Below, in pieces: positions 1 through 9,232 of a stretch of DNA of 64,000 nucleotides. The notes below the pieces were generated by a model that saw only the letters and a program-made list of their open reading frames with translations, did no database searches and had not been told where the DNA came from. This stretch comes from a bacterium (GTDB lineage: Bacteria > Patescibacteriota > Andersenbacteria > UBA10190). A program made the position numbers and the translations under genes. Location of the stretch: contig JAUYKA010000005.1 in NCBI GenBank assembly GCA_030698495.1, positions 8,404 through 72,403 of the forward strand. The letters are read 5' to 3'. The stretch's first letter is position 1; each line of letters begins with the position of its first letter.

Positions 1-687
1 GCCGCCACCGCATCTTTTATATAAACAAAATCCCGTTCCTGCTCGCCATCGCCAAACCCATCGTTATATGATTTAAATAACTCAATAACCCCTTTGTCGC
101 GCACCTGCTCAAACTTTTTTGCTATCACACTACGCATCGACCCCTTGTGCTGCTCGTTCGAACCAAACACATTGAAATACCGCAATCCCACCACCTTATC
201 TAAATATCCGCCGTCCCTCGCCCAAATATCCACCGCTAACTTGGATTTGCCGTACAAATTTAGCGGCTTCAACCGATCAAATAAATCATGGTCGTCTTTA
301 AATCCCAGCTTGCCGTCGCCATAGGTCGCCGCACTGGAAGCATAAACACATCGCCCATCCCGATCAAAACACCAGCGTATTATATCCTTTGAATACTCAA
401 CGTTATTATCAACCAAATAATCCCAGTCATTTTCTGTCGTACTGCTGCACGCCCCCATATGCAACACCGCTTCAACGCCGCTATCGTTGTATTCCCCGGC
501 TACCAGCTTTTCCCGAAACTCTTTTATACCTGCCAACTGCTCATACTGCAAACCGGCAATATTTATTTCCTTGTCATCACTGTCAATGTCATCAACAACC
601 AAAACATCGCTAACCCCGCGTTCGTTCAGCCCCCACAACAAAGCACTGCCGATAAAACCCGCGCCGCCAGTGATAATATACTTCATA
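1..687 (-). CDS. hldD: ADP-L-glycero-D-manno-heptose 6-epimerase (SDR family). N-terminal part only; the C-terminus lies beyond the window start.
   Basis: Minus-strand translation starts MKYIITGGAGFIGSALLWGLNERG with the GxxGxxG Rossmann motif. The HKGSMRSV and ASSAATYG blocks are typical of HldD/RfaD. ATG at 685-687. Confidence 0.75.
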
Positions 688-690
688 TAT

Positions 691-1206
691 TTAGCTCTCT
701 TCCTTTATTTTTTTCACAATGTCGCTCGTGGCCAATCCCGGGCGGCGCTTAACCGTATAACCTTGCGCCCCAACTTCTTCCATTACCGGCCACTCTATCC
801 ATGTTTCCGGTTCACCGTATTCCGAACCGTTTACATGCACCTGCGGCTTTATCAAGCGTATTAAGGTTTGCGCCACCTCATCGTAAAGCCGATCAACAAT
901 CACCACGTAATCCACACTCTCTAGCGCCGCCAGCATTGCCGCTCGCTCATCTTCAGGAATATACGGCCGGCTCTCTCCCTTGCCTTCCCGCACCGACTTA
1001 TCCGAATTCAAACCGATAAACAAAACATCACCCTGCCGCTTGGCCTCCTCCAGAAAATCCAAATGCCCCGCGTGCAGCAAATCAAAAGAGCCGTTAACAG
1101 TCACAATTTTCTTCCCCGAAACCCGCAACTCCTCCGCTCGTCTCCCTCCCTCCTCCAAGGAAAGGATTTTGTCGTATCGCCAATTATGTTTAGTTTTATC
1201 ATCCAT
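691..1206 (-). CDS. hldC: D-glycero-beta-D-manno-heptose 1-phosphate adenylyltransferase (cytidylyltransferase fold, RfaE domain II-like stand-alone protein)
   Basis: GSFDLLHAGH nucleotidyltransferase (H/T)xGH motif; size 171 aa; sits between gmhB and hldD. Confidence 0.75.
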   Translation of the reverse strand: MDDKTKHNWRYDKILSLEEGGRRAEELRVSGKKIVTVNGSFDLLHAGHLDFLEEAKRQGDVLFIGLNSDKSVREGKGESRPYIPEDERAAMLAALESVDYVVIVDRLYDEVAQTLIRLIKPQVHVNGSEYGEPETWIEWPVMEEVGAQGYTVKRRPGLATSDIVKKIKEES

Positions 1207-1278
1207 AAATTATTATTACATTCTCATAATGACACCAGTCTTACCTATCTTGCAATGATACACACAGTGTCCAGCACT

Positions 1279-1414
1279 CACACCGCGTGTCTTTTGTGAC
1301 CGTCTAAAAGCCTGTCAGCTCGGTTCCCCGCCTTTGGGCGGGGATGACAGGCTTTTAGTCGATAGCGACCGCCGCTGGAGCGGTCGCTATGTGTCACAAA
1401 AAACACGCGGCGTG
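1279..1414. repeat. GC-rich structured intergenic element, family E, copy 1 (between gmhB and hldC)
   Basis: Conserved core GACCGTCTNAAG...CCGCC-loop-GGCGG...TCGA...CCGCCGCTGG..GCGG inside an outer stem whose sequence is unique to this copy. Confidence 0.7.
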
Positions 1415-1451
1415 AAAAGTGCCGGACACTAGTGAACCCGCGAAAGATAAT

Positions 1452-1997
1452 TTACCTAATAGACAAGACCATCTTCACCGCTTCAAACAAAGAATCAACT
1501 ATTAAATCCGGCCTATCACTCAATTTATCCTCCTCCCAAAACCTGCTCGTAATTAAAGCTGTGTGCATTCCCAGCGCCTTGCCAAAACCTAAATCCGCCT
1601 CCTTATCTCCTATCATCCAACTATTCCCATAATCAATCGGCCCCAGCGCCGCTTCAACCTGCTTGGCCATGCCCGTTCGCGGTTTACGACAATCACATAT
1701 ATCTTCCCGCCCGTGCGGACAATAGGCGATATAATCCAGTTTTGCCCCTGATTTTGCCAGCTCTTCTTCCATATACTCGTGCAATTTCTTCATATCTTCT
1801 GCCGTGTACAACCCGGCCGCTATGCCCGACTGATTAGTAATCACCGCCAACTTAAAACCGGCGTCCCGCAGTGCTATCAACGCCTCCGGCGCCCGCTCGG
1901 TGAACCGCCAATCTTCTATTTTATAAGTGAATCCGTCATCAATATTTATCGTCCCATCCCGGTCCAGAAAAAATACCTTATGTCCCTTACCGCTCAT
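1452..1997 (-). CDS. gmhB: D,D-heptose 1,7-bisphosphate phosphatase (HAD family)
   Basis: FLDRDGTIN HAD motif I; CPHGREDICDCRKP zinc-binding motif typical of GmhB; 11-nt overlap with the upstream kinase gene. Confidence 0.8.
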   Translation of the reverse strand: MSGKGHKVFFLDRDGTINIDDGFTYKIEDWRFTERAPEALIALRDAGFKLAVITNQSGIAAGLYTAEDMKKLHEYMEEELAKSGAKLDYIAYCPHGREDICDCRKPRTGMAKQVEAALGPIDYGNSWMIGDKEADLGFGKALGMHTALITSRFWEEDKLSDRPDLIVDSLFEAVKMVLSIR

Positions 1998-2985
1998 TAT
2001 AATGCGTCAGCAAATCAATAACTTCTGCCCCCGTTGTGCCGGCGCTGCCGATCTTATGCGCTACCACCGCGGCCGCCGCGTTAGCCAAATCGGCCGCTTC
2101 CGCATCTTCTGCCCCGCCCAGCTTAGCCAGCAGTACTACCGCTGCCACCGTATCACCGCACCCCGAAGGATCCAAAACGTCGTTGGATTTTACATAATCT
2201 TGAGGTATGTGTTCACCTTCTCCGCCACCGTCAAAAACGTAAATCCCTTGGTCGCTCAAAGTCAAAAATATTGTGGCGCCAAACGTCTCGTGTAACAGCG
2301 CCGCCAGTTCTTCCTTATCCTTGCCTCCACCGTCAAACTGATTCAACCCCAAAAACTCATGCGCTTCCTTTCGGTTGGGAGATAAATATGTCGCGTTGGT
2401 AAAGTAATTAATCCGCGACGGCTTTACGTCGGCCATCAGAGGCAAATTATTTTCCTTACACACAACCTGCACCGCCTCCGCCACTTTTTCTGTCACCACC
2501 CCTTTGGCATAATCGGACACCAATACTCCATCTGCCTCTTTTGCTGCTTCTCTTATGGCCGCTATTAGTTTTTCCTCAACTTCACCGGAAACATCGCTTG
2601 CTTCTTCATAATCCACCCGCAATATTTGCTGCGTCTTCACAATAAACCTGGTCTTATCGATTGTTGAACGTTCTTTATCCCGCACCGGTTTCAAATCGTA
2701 TCCTTCCTTACCCGCCGTTTCCGCTACCTCGTCAGCCACATCATCTTCACCGGATACACCAATCAAAATTGTTTGGGCGCCCAACATCGCCAAATTTTTC
2801 GCCGTATTCCCCGCCCCGCCTGTCGCTTTCTTTTCTTCCTGCGCCAGTAAAATCGGCACCGGCGCTTCCGGATTTAACCGTTCCACTTTGCCATAAATAT
2901 ACCTATCCAAAAAAACATCCCCAACCACCAGTACGCACTTACCGGCAAACTGATTAATCAATTCTTTTGCTCTACTTAATTCCAT
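1987..2985 (-). CDS. hldA: D-glycero-beta-D-manno-heptose 7-phosphate 1-kinase (PfkB family, RfaE domain I-like stand-alone protein)
   Basis: PfkB ribokinase-like fold with GGAGNTA and DPSGCGDT motifs; 332 aa; heptose gene context. Confidence 0.7.
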   Translation of the reverse strand: MELSRAKELINQFAGKCVLVVGDVFLDRYIYGKVERLNPEAPVPILLAQEEKKATGGAGNTAKNLAMLGAQTILIGVSGEDDVADEVAETAGKEGYDLKPVRDKERSTIDKTRFIVKTQQILRVDYEEASDVSGEVEEKLIAAIREAAKEADGVLVSDYAKGVVTEKVAEAVQVVCKENNLPLMADVKPSRINYFTNATYLSPNRKEAHEFLGLNQFDGGGKDKEELAALLHETFGATIFLTLSDQGIYVFDGGGEGEHIPQDYVKSNDVLDPSGCGDTVAAVVLLAKLGGAEDAEAADLANAAAAVVAHKIGSAGTTGAEVIDLLTHYNER

Positions 2986-3022
2986 TATAATAAGTTATGA
3001 GTTACGAGTTCCAAGTTATACA

Positions 3023-3589
3023 TTATGCTTCCGGCGGTTCAAACATCTCACACATCAGGTGTATTGCGTGCAAATGCATCTCTTGTATTCTGGCACCCGT
3101 CTCACTTGGCGACACAATCGCGTAATCCGCCATATCCTTAAATTCACCTTTTCTGCCTGTCATCGCCACCACCGTCATTCCCCGTTTTCTCGCTTCCTCC
3201 GCCGCCAGTAAAATATTTTTCGAAGTACCCGACGTTGTCAGGCCGATAAACACATCGCCCTCCCCGCCTAAAGCCTGTACCTGGCGTTTAAAAACATCCT
3301 CGTACCCCCAATCGTTACCAATACAAGTTATCACCGCTCCATCAGCCGTCAGTGCAATTACCGGATAAGCCGGCCTCTCCTGCTTATATTTCCCCACCAT
3401 CTCGTCCGATAAATGCTGTGCCTCCGCCGCCGAACCGCCATTACCGGCCACCAACACTTTATTCCCCCGCTCAAAAACCTCCCGCAAATGTTCTCCCACT
3501 TCCTCCACCTGCCGGTGAAATTCCTCCACGTCTGCCGTCACCTCGTGCAGCTCTTGCGAATGTTTTTTAAATATCTCTACTGTTTTCAT
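3023..3589 (-). CDS. gmhA: Phosphoheptose isomerase (SIS domain)
   Basis: SIS domain motifs (VAGNGGSAAEAQH, TTSGTSKN). The likely start is MKTVEIFKK, with ATG at 3587-3589; the longer ORF-track start lies inside the upstream spacer. Confidence 0.8.
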   Translation of the reverse strand: MKTVEIFKKHSQELHEVTADVEEFHRQVEEVGEHLREVFERGNKVLVAGNGGSAAEAQHLSDEMVGKYKQERPAYPVIALTADGAVITCIGNDWGYEDVFKRQVQALGGEGDVFIGLTTSGTSKNILLAAEEARKRGMTVVAMTGRKGEFKDMADYAIVSPSETGARIQEMHLHAIHLMCEMFEPPEA

Positions 3590-3675
3590 ACTGTTATTAT
3601 TTAATGCTTTATAACTATGACACAAAACATACAAATACCTTACAACCTTCCCGGGCGGGTGGCGCCTGCAGGCGC

Positions 3676-3835
3676 TTAGTCACGGCTGCTTTTGTTTTTT
3701 GCGACCGTCTCAAGAACTGCCAGCCCGGTCCCCGCCTTGAGTTTATCGAAAGGCGGGGTGGCAGATCTTGAGCCGAGCGCAGTCCGCCGCCGGGGCGGAC
3801 AAGTACGTCGCAAAAAGCAAAAGCAGCTGTGACTA
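3676..3835. repeat. Family E element, copy 2 (between gmhA and rfbD)
   Basis: Same core architecture; the outer stem is AGTCACGGCTGCTTTTGTTTTTTGCGAC paired with its complement. Confidence 0.7.
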
Positions 3836-3875
3836 AAAATGCACCCGCCAAAGACCGCTCTCCAACACTAATCAC

Positions 3876-4697
3876 TTACCTCGTTTTAATGTACTCGTCA
3901 AGAGCCGTCTCCCACGGCCGCAACACCGGCCCCCTCGTATTATTCAATATACTATATTTCGGCCTCGCCGCGGGCAAAGGATATTCACTGCTGGCAATCG
4001 GCCTAACTATTACCTTCATCCCCGCCAACTCAAAAATCTTGACCGCAAAATCATACCAACTGGCACGGCCGCTGTTCACGGCATGATAAACCCCCGGCTC
4101 ATAACCGCCCGACACAACTTCCTTTGTCGCCCCGGCCAAATCCATCGTATACGTCGGACTGCCCCACTGATCATTAACCACCCCCAACTCTTTCTTCTCG
4201 CCGACCAAACGCAGCATCGTCTCCACAAAATTCTTACCATACGCACCGTAAAGCCACGCTGTGCGTAATAAATAATACTTTGGCGCTATTTCCCGCAAAG
4301 CCTTCTCTCCGGCCAACTTTGATTCTCCATACACATTCACTGCCGGACCAGGCTCGTCATCTTCGCCGTACCCCGCTTCCTGCTTACCATTAAAAACATA
4401 GTCCGTACTATAATGTACTAATATCGCGCCGCTTTCTTTGGCCGCCAATGCCAGATTTCTCACGCCCGTCTCGTTTATAGCAAAAGCCAAGTCGCGCTCT
4501 TTCTCCGCCCCGTCGACGTTCGTATAAGCTGCCGCGTTAATAATCAACTCCGGTGACAGCTCACTAATTTCCCGATTAACATCAGACTGTTTCGTAATGT
4601 CCAGTTTATCCTTATCCCCCACAACAGCTTCTGCCCAAACAGAGCGCAGCGCGTGCCCCAGCATACCGTTGCCGCCCACAATCAGCACCTTGGCCAT
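3876..4697 (-). CDS. rfbD: dTDP-4-dehydrorhamnose reductase
   Basis: N-terminal GGNGMLG Rossmann motif; YSTDYVF and YGESK catalytic motifs of RmlD. Confidence 0.8.
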   Translation of the reverse strand: MAKVLIVGGNGMLGHALRSVWAEAVVGDKDKLDITKQSDVNREISELSPELIINAAAYTNVDGAEKERDLAFAINETGVRNLALAAKESGAILVHYSTDYVFNGKQEAGYGEDDEPGPAVNVYGESKLAGEKALREIAPKYYLLRTAWLYGAYGKNFVETMLRLVGEKKELGVVNDQWGSPTYTMDLAGATKEVVSGGYEPGVYHAVNSGRASWYDFAVKIFELAGMKVIVRPIASSEYPLPAARPKYSILNNTRGPVLRPWETALDEYIKTR

Positions 4698-4701
4698 ACT
4701 A

Positions 4702-5649
4702 TTATTTACTTGCCAGATAATTCTTAAGCCATATTACAAATTTTTTCGCGCCTTCATCCACCGAGATTTTAGGCTCATACCCCAGTAAATCTTTAGCTTT
4801 ATCGATATTGGCGAACGTAATCTTCATTTCGCCCGGAGGAGTCGGGCGATCTTTCACTTGCGCCTTCTTTTCTGCTGCTCTCTCTAACAATGATACCAGC
4901 TCTCTAATCACCACCGGCTCCCCCCGTCCGATATTTAACACCTCAAAATCCAGCTCTGTATCTAGAGCCGCCAGTACCGCCGGAACCACATCATCAATAT
5001 ATGTTAAATCTCTCTGCCGCTCATCCACGTTTACCTCCAATACTTCACCTTTTAATATGCGCTCCGCAAATATCATCGGCGCCATATCCGGCCGCCCCCA
5101 GGGACCGTAAACACTGAAGAAACGCAGCACGGTTATTTTAGTGCCATACAACTCATGCCACATCTGACAATAAACTTCCGCCGCCGCTTTCGAAGCTCCG
5201 TAAGGAGACTTCGGCTTTAAAGGATAACTGTCTTCCTTAAACGGAACCTGCTCGTCGTTATAAACAGACGAACTTCCCGCCAATACCACCCTGTTCACGC
5301 CATGACGGCGCGTCGCCTCCAAAACCGACAACGTCCCGTCAACATTAACACGTGTGTACTCAAAAGAATTATCCAGGCTGGTTTTAGGATTGGCGTGCGC
5401 CGCCAAATGCAGCACCACATCAACACCATTTTTCATCGCCTCGTCTAAAACCGCCGCGTCTAAAATACTTCCCTCAATCAGCCTGGCTCCCTTCCCAACC
5501 AACTCTGCCAATCGCCGGCGCTTTAAATCCGCTCCGTACACTAAGTCGCTAAAATTATCCACTATCACAACATCATCTCCACGCTCCGCCAGCGCCTTTG
5601 CCACATACGCGCCGATAAAACCGGCGCCGCCGGTAATAAGTACTTTCAT
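4702..5649 (-). CDS. NAD-dependent nucleotide-sugar epimerase/dehydratase (UDP-glucuronate 4-epimerase-like)
   Basis: GGAGFIG motif, the YGASK catalytic YxxxK and the GRPDMA motif of the Cap1J/UDP-GlcA epimerase subgroup. Confidence 0.6.
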   Translation of the reverse strand: MKVLITGGAGFIGAYVAKALAERGDDVVIVDNFSDLVYGADLKRRRLAELVGKGARLIEGSILDAAVLDEAMKNGVDVVLHLAAHANPKTSLDNSFEYTRVNVDGTLSVLEATRRHGVNRVVLAGSSSVYNDEQVPFKEDSYPLKPKSPYGASKAAAEVYCQMWHELYGTKITVLRFFSVYGPWGRPDMAPMIFAERILKGEVLEVNVDERQRDLTYIDDVVPAVLAALDTELDFEVLNIGRGEPVVIRELVSLLERAAEKKAQVKDRPTPPGEMKITFANIDKAKDLLGYEPKISVDEGAKKFVIWLKNYLASK

Positions 5650-6197
5650 ACAAAATTATATTCGCCCTTATCAAAATCCGGAAAATTCGCGTCCCTTTCG
5701 GATACTACCGGATTTTCTACCGGCCACTCGATATTCAGCTTTGCGTCGTTCCATCTTACGCCACGCTCGTGATCCGGCGAATAATAATCGGTGCAGTAAT
5801 AAATCACTTCGGCTTTATCTGCCAGCACTACAAATCCGTGCGCGAATCCCGGCGGAATGTATAGCAACTCTTTTGTCCGCGCCTCAAGTTTTTTTCCCAC
5901 CCACCTACCAAAACTATCCGATGATTTCCTTAAGTCAACCGCCACGTCAAAAATTTCTCCGGTTATAGCCGTAATTAATTTGCCTTGCGTCTTTGGTTCA
6001 AGCTGATAGTGCAAACCGCGCAAAACACCATGTTTACTTGCCGAGTGGTTAACCTGAACAAAGCCCATTTCAATGCCGTTGTCGCTAAATTCCTTCTTTC
6101 GATACATTTCTGCAAACAAACCACGCTCATCCGGATATAATTTCGGCCTGACGCTCACTACGCCACTAATTTCCAGCTGTTTAAACTCAAAAGACAT
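5646..6197 (-). CDS. rfbC: dTDP-4-dehydrorhamnose 3,5-epimerase
   Basis: Cupin fold with RGLHYQ, PPGFAHGF and YYCTDYYSP motifs of RmlC. Confidence 0.85.
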   Translation of the reverse strand: MSFEFKQLEISGVVSVRPKLYPDERGLFAEMYRKKEFSDNGIEMGFVQVNHSASKHGVLRGLHYQLEPKTQGKLITAITGEIFDVAVDLRKSSDSFGRWVGKKLEARTKELLYIPPGFAHGFVVLADKAEVIYYCTDYYSPDHERGVRWNDAKLNIEWPVENPVVSERDANFPDFDKGEYNFV

Positions 6198-6264
6198 AAT
6201 TTTAGTATCAGTTTATCCTATATACTACGCTTTCTCACCCCCATTTTCTAGTTTTAATATCCTT

Positions 6265-6612
6265 CTAAAATTTCGTTTGTTGCTCCACTAAAAAATCATC
6301 CAGCCACATCCTCGCCTCTTCGCCTTTTAATATCTCCTCCGCATTACTGCCTACCGCCGCGCCGGTCTTAGCCGGCAAAAGCGTATACGCGCCTTCCGAT
6401 AATAACAATACCCGCTTTTGCCGGCGACCAGTCAAAACATCGCCGCGTACCGCCGCCGCGATAATCGCGCCGACCAGCCATAAAACAAAACTCAACACCG
6501 GCACCGTATGCAAAATAACACTAATAAACAAACCGACCAAGGCGCCGCCCAAGACCCATAAAATAGTTACGATATTCTGTGTCGGCTTATCAGTAATCAT
6601 AAATAGCTCCAA
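6265..6612 (-). CDS. Hypothetical small membrane protein (2 TM)
   Basis: Hydrophobic ORF of 115 aa; no recognisable domain. Confidence 0.35.
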   Translation of the reverse strand: MELFMITDKPTQNIVTILWVLGGALVGLFISVILHTVPVLSFVLWLVGAIIAAAVRGDVLTGRRQKRVLLLSEGAYTLLPAKTGAAVGSNAEEILKGEEARMWLDDFLVEQQTKF

Positions 6613-6639
6613 ATCCTACCAAACCTTCGCCAAATAATC

Positions 6640-6815
6640 AACCGCCATACCAGCGAGTACAGTAAATACAGCAAGTACAGTTTTTCTAACCCCCTCTATT
6701 CTAATCCTTAGGTTTAGAAAGACCTCTACAGCCTGTCTAACACTCTTTCTAAACCTAAGGTTTAGAATAATTAGAATACTTTTCTGTATTTACTGTCCTC
6801 GCTGTATTTACTAAA
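6640..6815 (-). terminator. 175-bp nested inverted repeat 3' of lepA (outer CAGTAAATACAG/CTGTATTTACTG, inner TTCTAA..TTAGGTTTAGAAAG/CTTTCTAAACCTAAGG..TTAGAA)
   Basis: Two nested inverted repeats; the CTGTATTTACT motif recurs at 37083-37141 and 58683-58730. Confidence 0.45.
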
Positions 6816-6822
6816 TTTATCC

Positions 6823-8640
6823 TCACGTTCTCTTTAATACCGCCAAATATGCCTGCGTTGGAATTTTCACTTTGCCTTGCTGCCCCATCCGTTTCTTTCC
6901 CTTCTTCTGTTTTTCCAGCAACTTTCTTTTGCGGGTCACATCCCCACCATACAAATATCCCGTCACATCCTTGCGCATTGCCGGTAATGTTTCCCGCGCA
7001 ATAATATTGCCGCCAATCGCCGCCTGAATCGGTATGGCAAACAACTGGCGCGGAATCACCTCTTTAAGCTTCTTCACCATGCGTCGTCCGATTGCTTCCG
7101 ACCTGGAACGAGCCACAATCACCGAGAGCGCCTCTACCGTCTCATGATTTACCATTACTGCCAGCTTTACCACGTCCGCGTCGCGCCATTCCGTCAATTC
7201 ATAGCTCATCGACCCATAACCCGCCGTGACCGACTTCAAATGATCGTATAAATCAACCACTAATTCCCGCAACGGCATTTCATACGTCAGCTGAACACGA
7301 TCGGCCTCCAAATAATGTTGGTTTTTTATTACCGCCTCCCGATCTTGCATAATCTCAAACACCGCCCCCATATACTTAACCGGCGTCAGCACGTCCACTG
7401 CGGCGTATCTCTCTTTTATTGATTCAATATTAGACGGATCAGGCCAACTAGCCGGAGTGTTGGCTTCTATTTCCTTCCCCCCACGCCCCATTATCTTGTA
7501 AGCGACACTGGGTGTGGTAATCACCAAATCCAGTTTATGCTCCCGATGCAGCCTCTCTTGCACAATATCCATGTGCAACATACCTAAAAATCCGCAGTGA
7601 AAACCTTGGCCCAGCGCGTCGCTCCTTTCCTGAACCACCGAAATACTGGAATCGCTAAGCAGTAACTCTCCGATGGCGTCGCGCAAAATCGGAAAATCAT
7701 CGCCTCGTTCCGGAAAAATTCCGGCGAACACTTTCGGCTGGGGAATACTGAAACCGAGCAAAGCCGTCAATTTGCCACCATCCTTAACCAGCGCGATCGT
7801 ATCTCCAACCCTCGCTTGCCGCACATCTTTCAACCCGGTAGCAATGTAGCCTATTTCCCCGGCCGACAACTCGGACTTTACCTGCCAATCGGGATTAAAA
7901 ATGCCAACCTCCACCGCGCGATCCGACGCTCCCGTTCCCAAAAAAACAATTTCATCACGCGCCTTTACTTTCCCCTCCACCACGCGCACATAAGCCACCA
8001 CTCCTTTATAATCATCGTAAACGGAATCAAAAATCAAAGCGCGCAGGGGACTATTAACGACTTGTTCAGCTGCCGGCACCCGCGACAATATTGCGTCCAG
8101 AACCTTCTCCACGCCTTCGCCCGTTTTTGCCGAAATCAACAAAATATCTTCCTCCCTGCCGCCCAAAAGACTTATTATTTCTTTCTTCGTTTTTTTAACA
8201 TCCGCCGCCGGCAAATCAACTTTATTGATCACCGGAATTATAACCAGATTCTGCTCCAATGCCAGATACAAGTTGGCAATTGTTTGCGCCTGCACTCCTT
8301 GCGTAGCATCCACCAGCAATATCGCTCCCTCCACCGCCTGTAGGCTTCGGCTGACCTCGTACTGAAAATCAACGTGCCCGGGCGTGTCGATTAAATTCAA
8401 AACACTATCACGCCTGTCCCCCATAGCCGTCACATCATGGGACGCGGCGGGGGGCCAGCTCATCCGCACCGGCTGCAATTTAATGGTGATGCCGCGCTCC
8501 CGCTCCAGCTCCATCGAGTCTAATAATTGCTCCTTCATGTGGCGTTTATCGACCGTTCCCGTCAACTCCAGCATCCGATCCGCCAAAGTGCTTTTACCGT
8601 GATCAATATGAGCGATAATACAAAAATTATATATATTCAT
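6823..8640 (-). CDS. lepA: Translation elongation factor 4 (LepA)
   Basis: AHIDHGKST G1 motif, DTPGH motif and the LepA-specific C-terminal domain; 605 aa. Confidence 0.9.
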   Translation of the reverse strand: MNIYNFCIIAHIDHGKSTLADRMLELTGTVDKRHMKEQLLDSMELERERGITIKLQPVRMSWPPAASHDVTAMGDRRDSVLNLIDTPGHVDFQYEVSRSLQAVEGAILLVDATQGVQAQTIANLYLALEQNLVIIPVINKVDLPAADVKKTKKEIISLLGGREEDILLISAKTGEGVEKVLDAILSRVPAAEQVVNSPLRALIFDSVYDDYKGVVAYVRVVEGKVKARDEIVFLGTGASDRAVEVGIFNPDWQVKSELSAGEIGYIATGLKDVRQARVGDTIALVKDGGKLTALLGFSIPQPKVFAGIFPERGDDFPILRDAIGELLLSDSSISVVQERSDALGQGFHCGFLGMLHMDIVQERLHREHKLDLVITTPSVAYKIMGRGGKEIEANTPASWPDPSNIESIKERYAAVDVLTPVKYMGAVFEIMQDREAVIKNQHYLEADRVQLTYEMPLRELVVDLYDHLKSVTAGYGSMSYELTEWRDADVVKLAVMVNHETVEALSVIVARSRSEAIGRRMVKKLKEVIPRQLFAIPIQAAIGGNIIARETLPAMRKDVTGYLYGGDVTRKRKLLEKQKKGKKRMGQQGKVKIPTQAYLAVLKRT

Positions 8641-9124
8641 AAGCCTTAGTATCGAGAATATAACACAAGACCGTATCAGCTGCCATAAATAAAATTAGGC
8701 CGCCGTTATCTGCCAAGTATCGCGATCCCCCCAGGAATCAATGCGACTCGACAAACAACGACGGCCAAAAGGGCCAAGATTCTCGCTTCGCCTTTTGACT
8801 TCACCGCGTGAAAACCGGACTGTCTCTTGGCATCCCTTTTACCTCCAACTTTAGGGTTTAGGGTGCACAGGCCAGGGGATCGCGGTACGGCTGTCGGGTG
8901 ACTTCCCCGACATTCAAACCGTTACCCGCGCGCCCGGGGGCCGCCGTCAGGAGGTCGTCGCGCAATAAGACCTTTTCTCGAGCTTCCCTCGCATACGCGC
9001 TCCTTCCTGCCAGGGCAACTAGATAGCCACCCGGCAAAGAGACAGAAAAAGAGAACAACTAACTACCCGTTTTATAGTACCTATTGACACACGAGTCAAT
9101 AGTCACATAAAAAATTAACGAGAA

Positions 9125-9230
9125 ACTCAAAATGAAAAACTCAAATTAACAAGATAAAACCAAAAACAGTTGCGGCAGTTTTGCCTTTTGCGTTGTTATT
9201 TTGAGTTTTTCGTTTTTAGTTTTTAGTTCT
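9125..9230 (-). terminator. Long AT-rich imperfect hairpin (AAAAC-repeat family) 3' of murJ
   Basis: Arms GAAAAACTCAAA...CAAAA and TTTTG...TTTGAGTTTTTC. Confidence 0.4.
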
Positions 9231-9232
9231 CT

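Noticed and set aside
3615-3875. 86-aa minus-strand ORF
   Set aside because: It lies entirely within family E element copy 2 and its flanks, and the translation is Gly/Ala/Arg-rich. It is an artefact of the GC-rich structured element.
6823-8640. LepA insertion (MSWPPAASHDVTAMGDRRDS) as an intein or mobile insertion
   Set aside because: It is only about 15 extra residues in a loop of domain I, with no intein splicing motifs. It is probably lineage-specific loop variation.
8858-9058. 66-aa ORF in the GC-rich block upstream of lepA
   Set aside because: Ala/Arg/Gly-rich translation and no start context. The region is more plausibly non-coding structured RNA.
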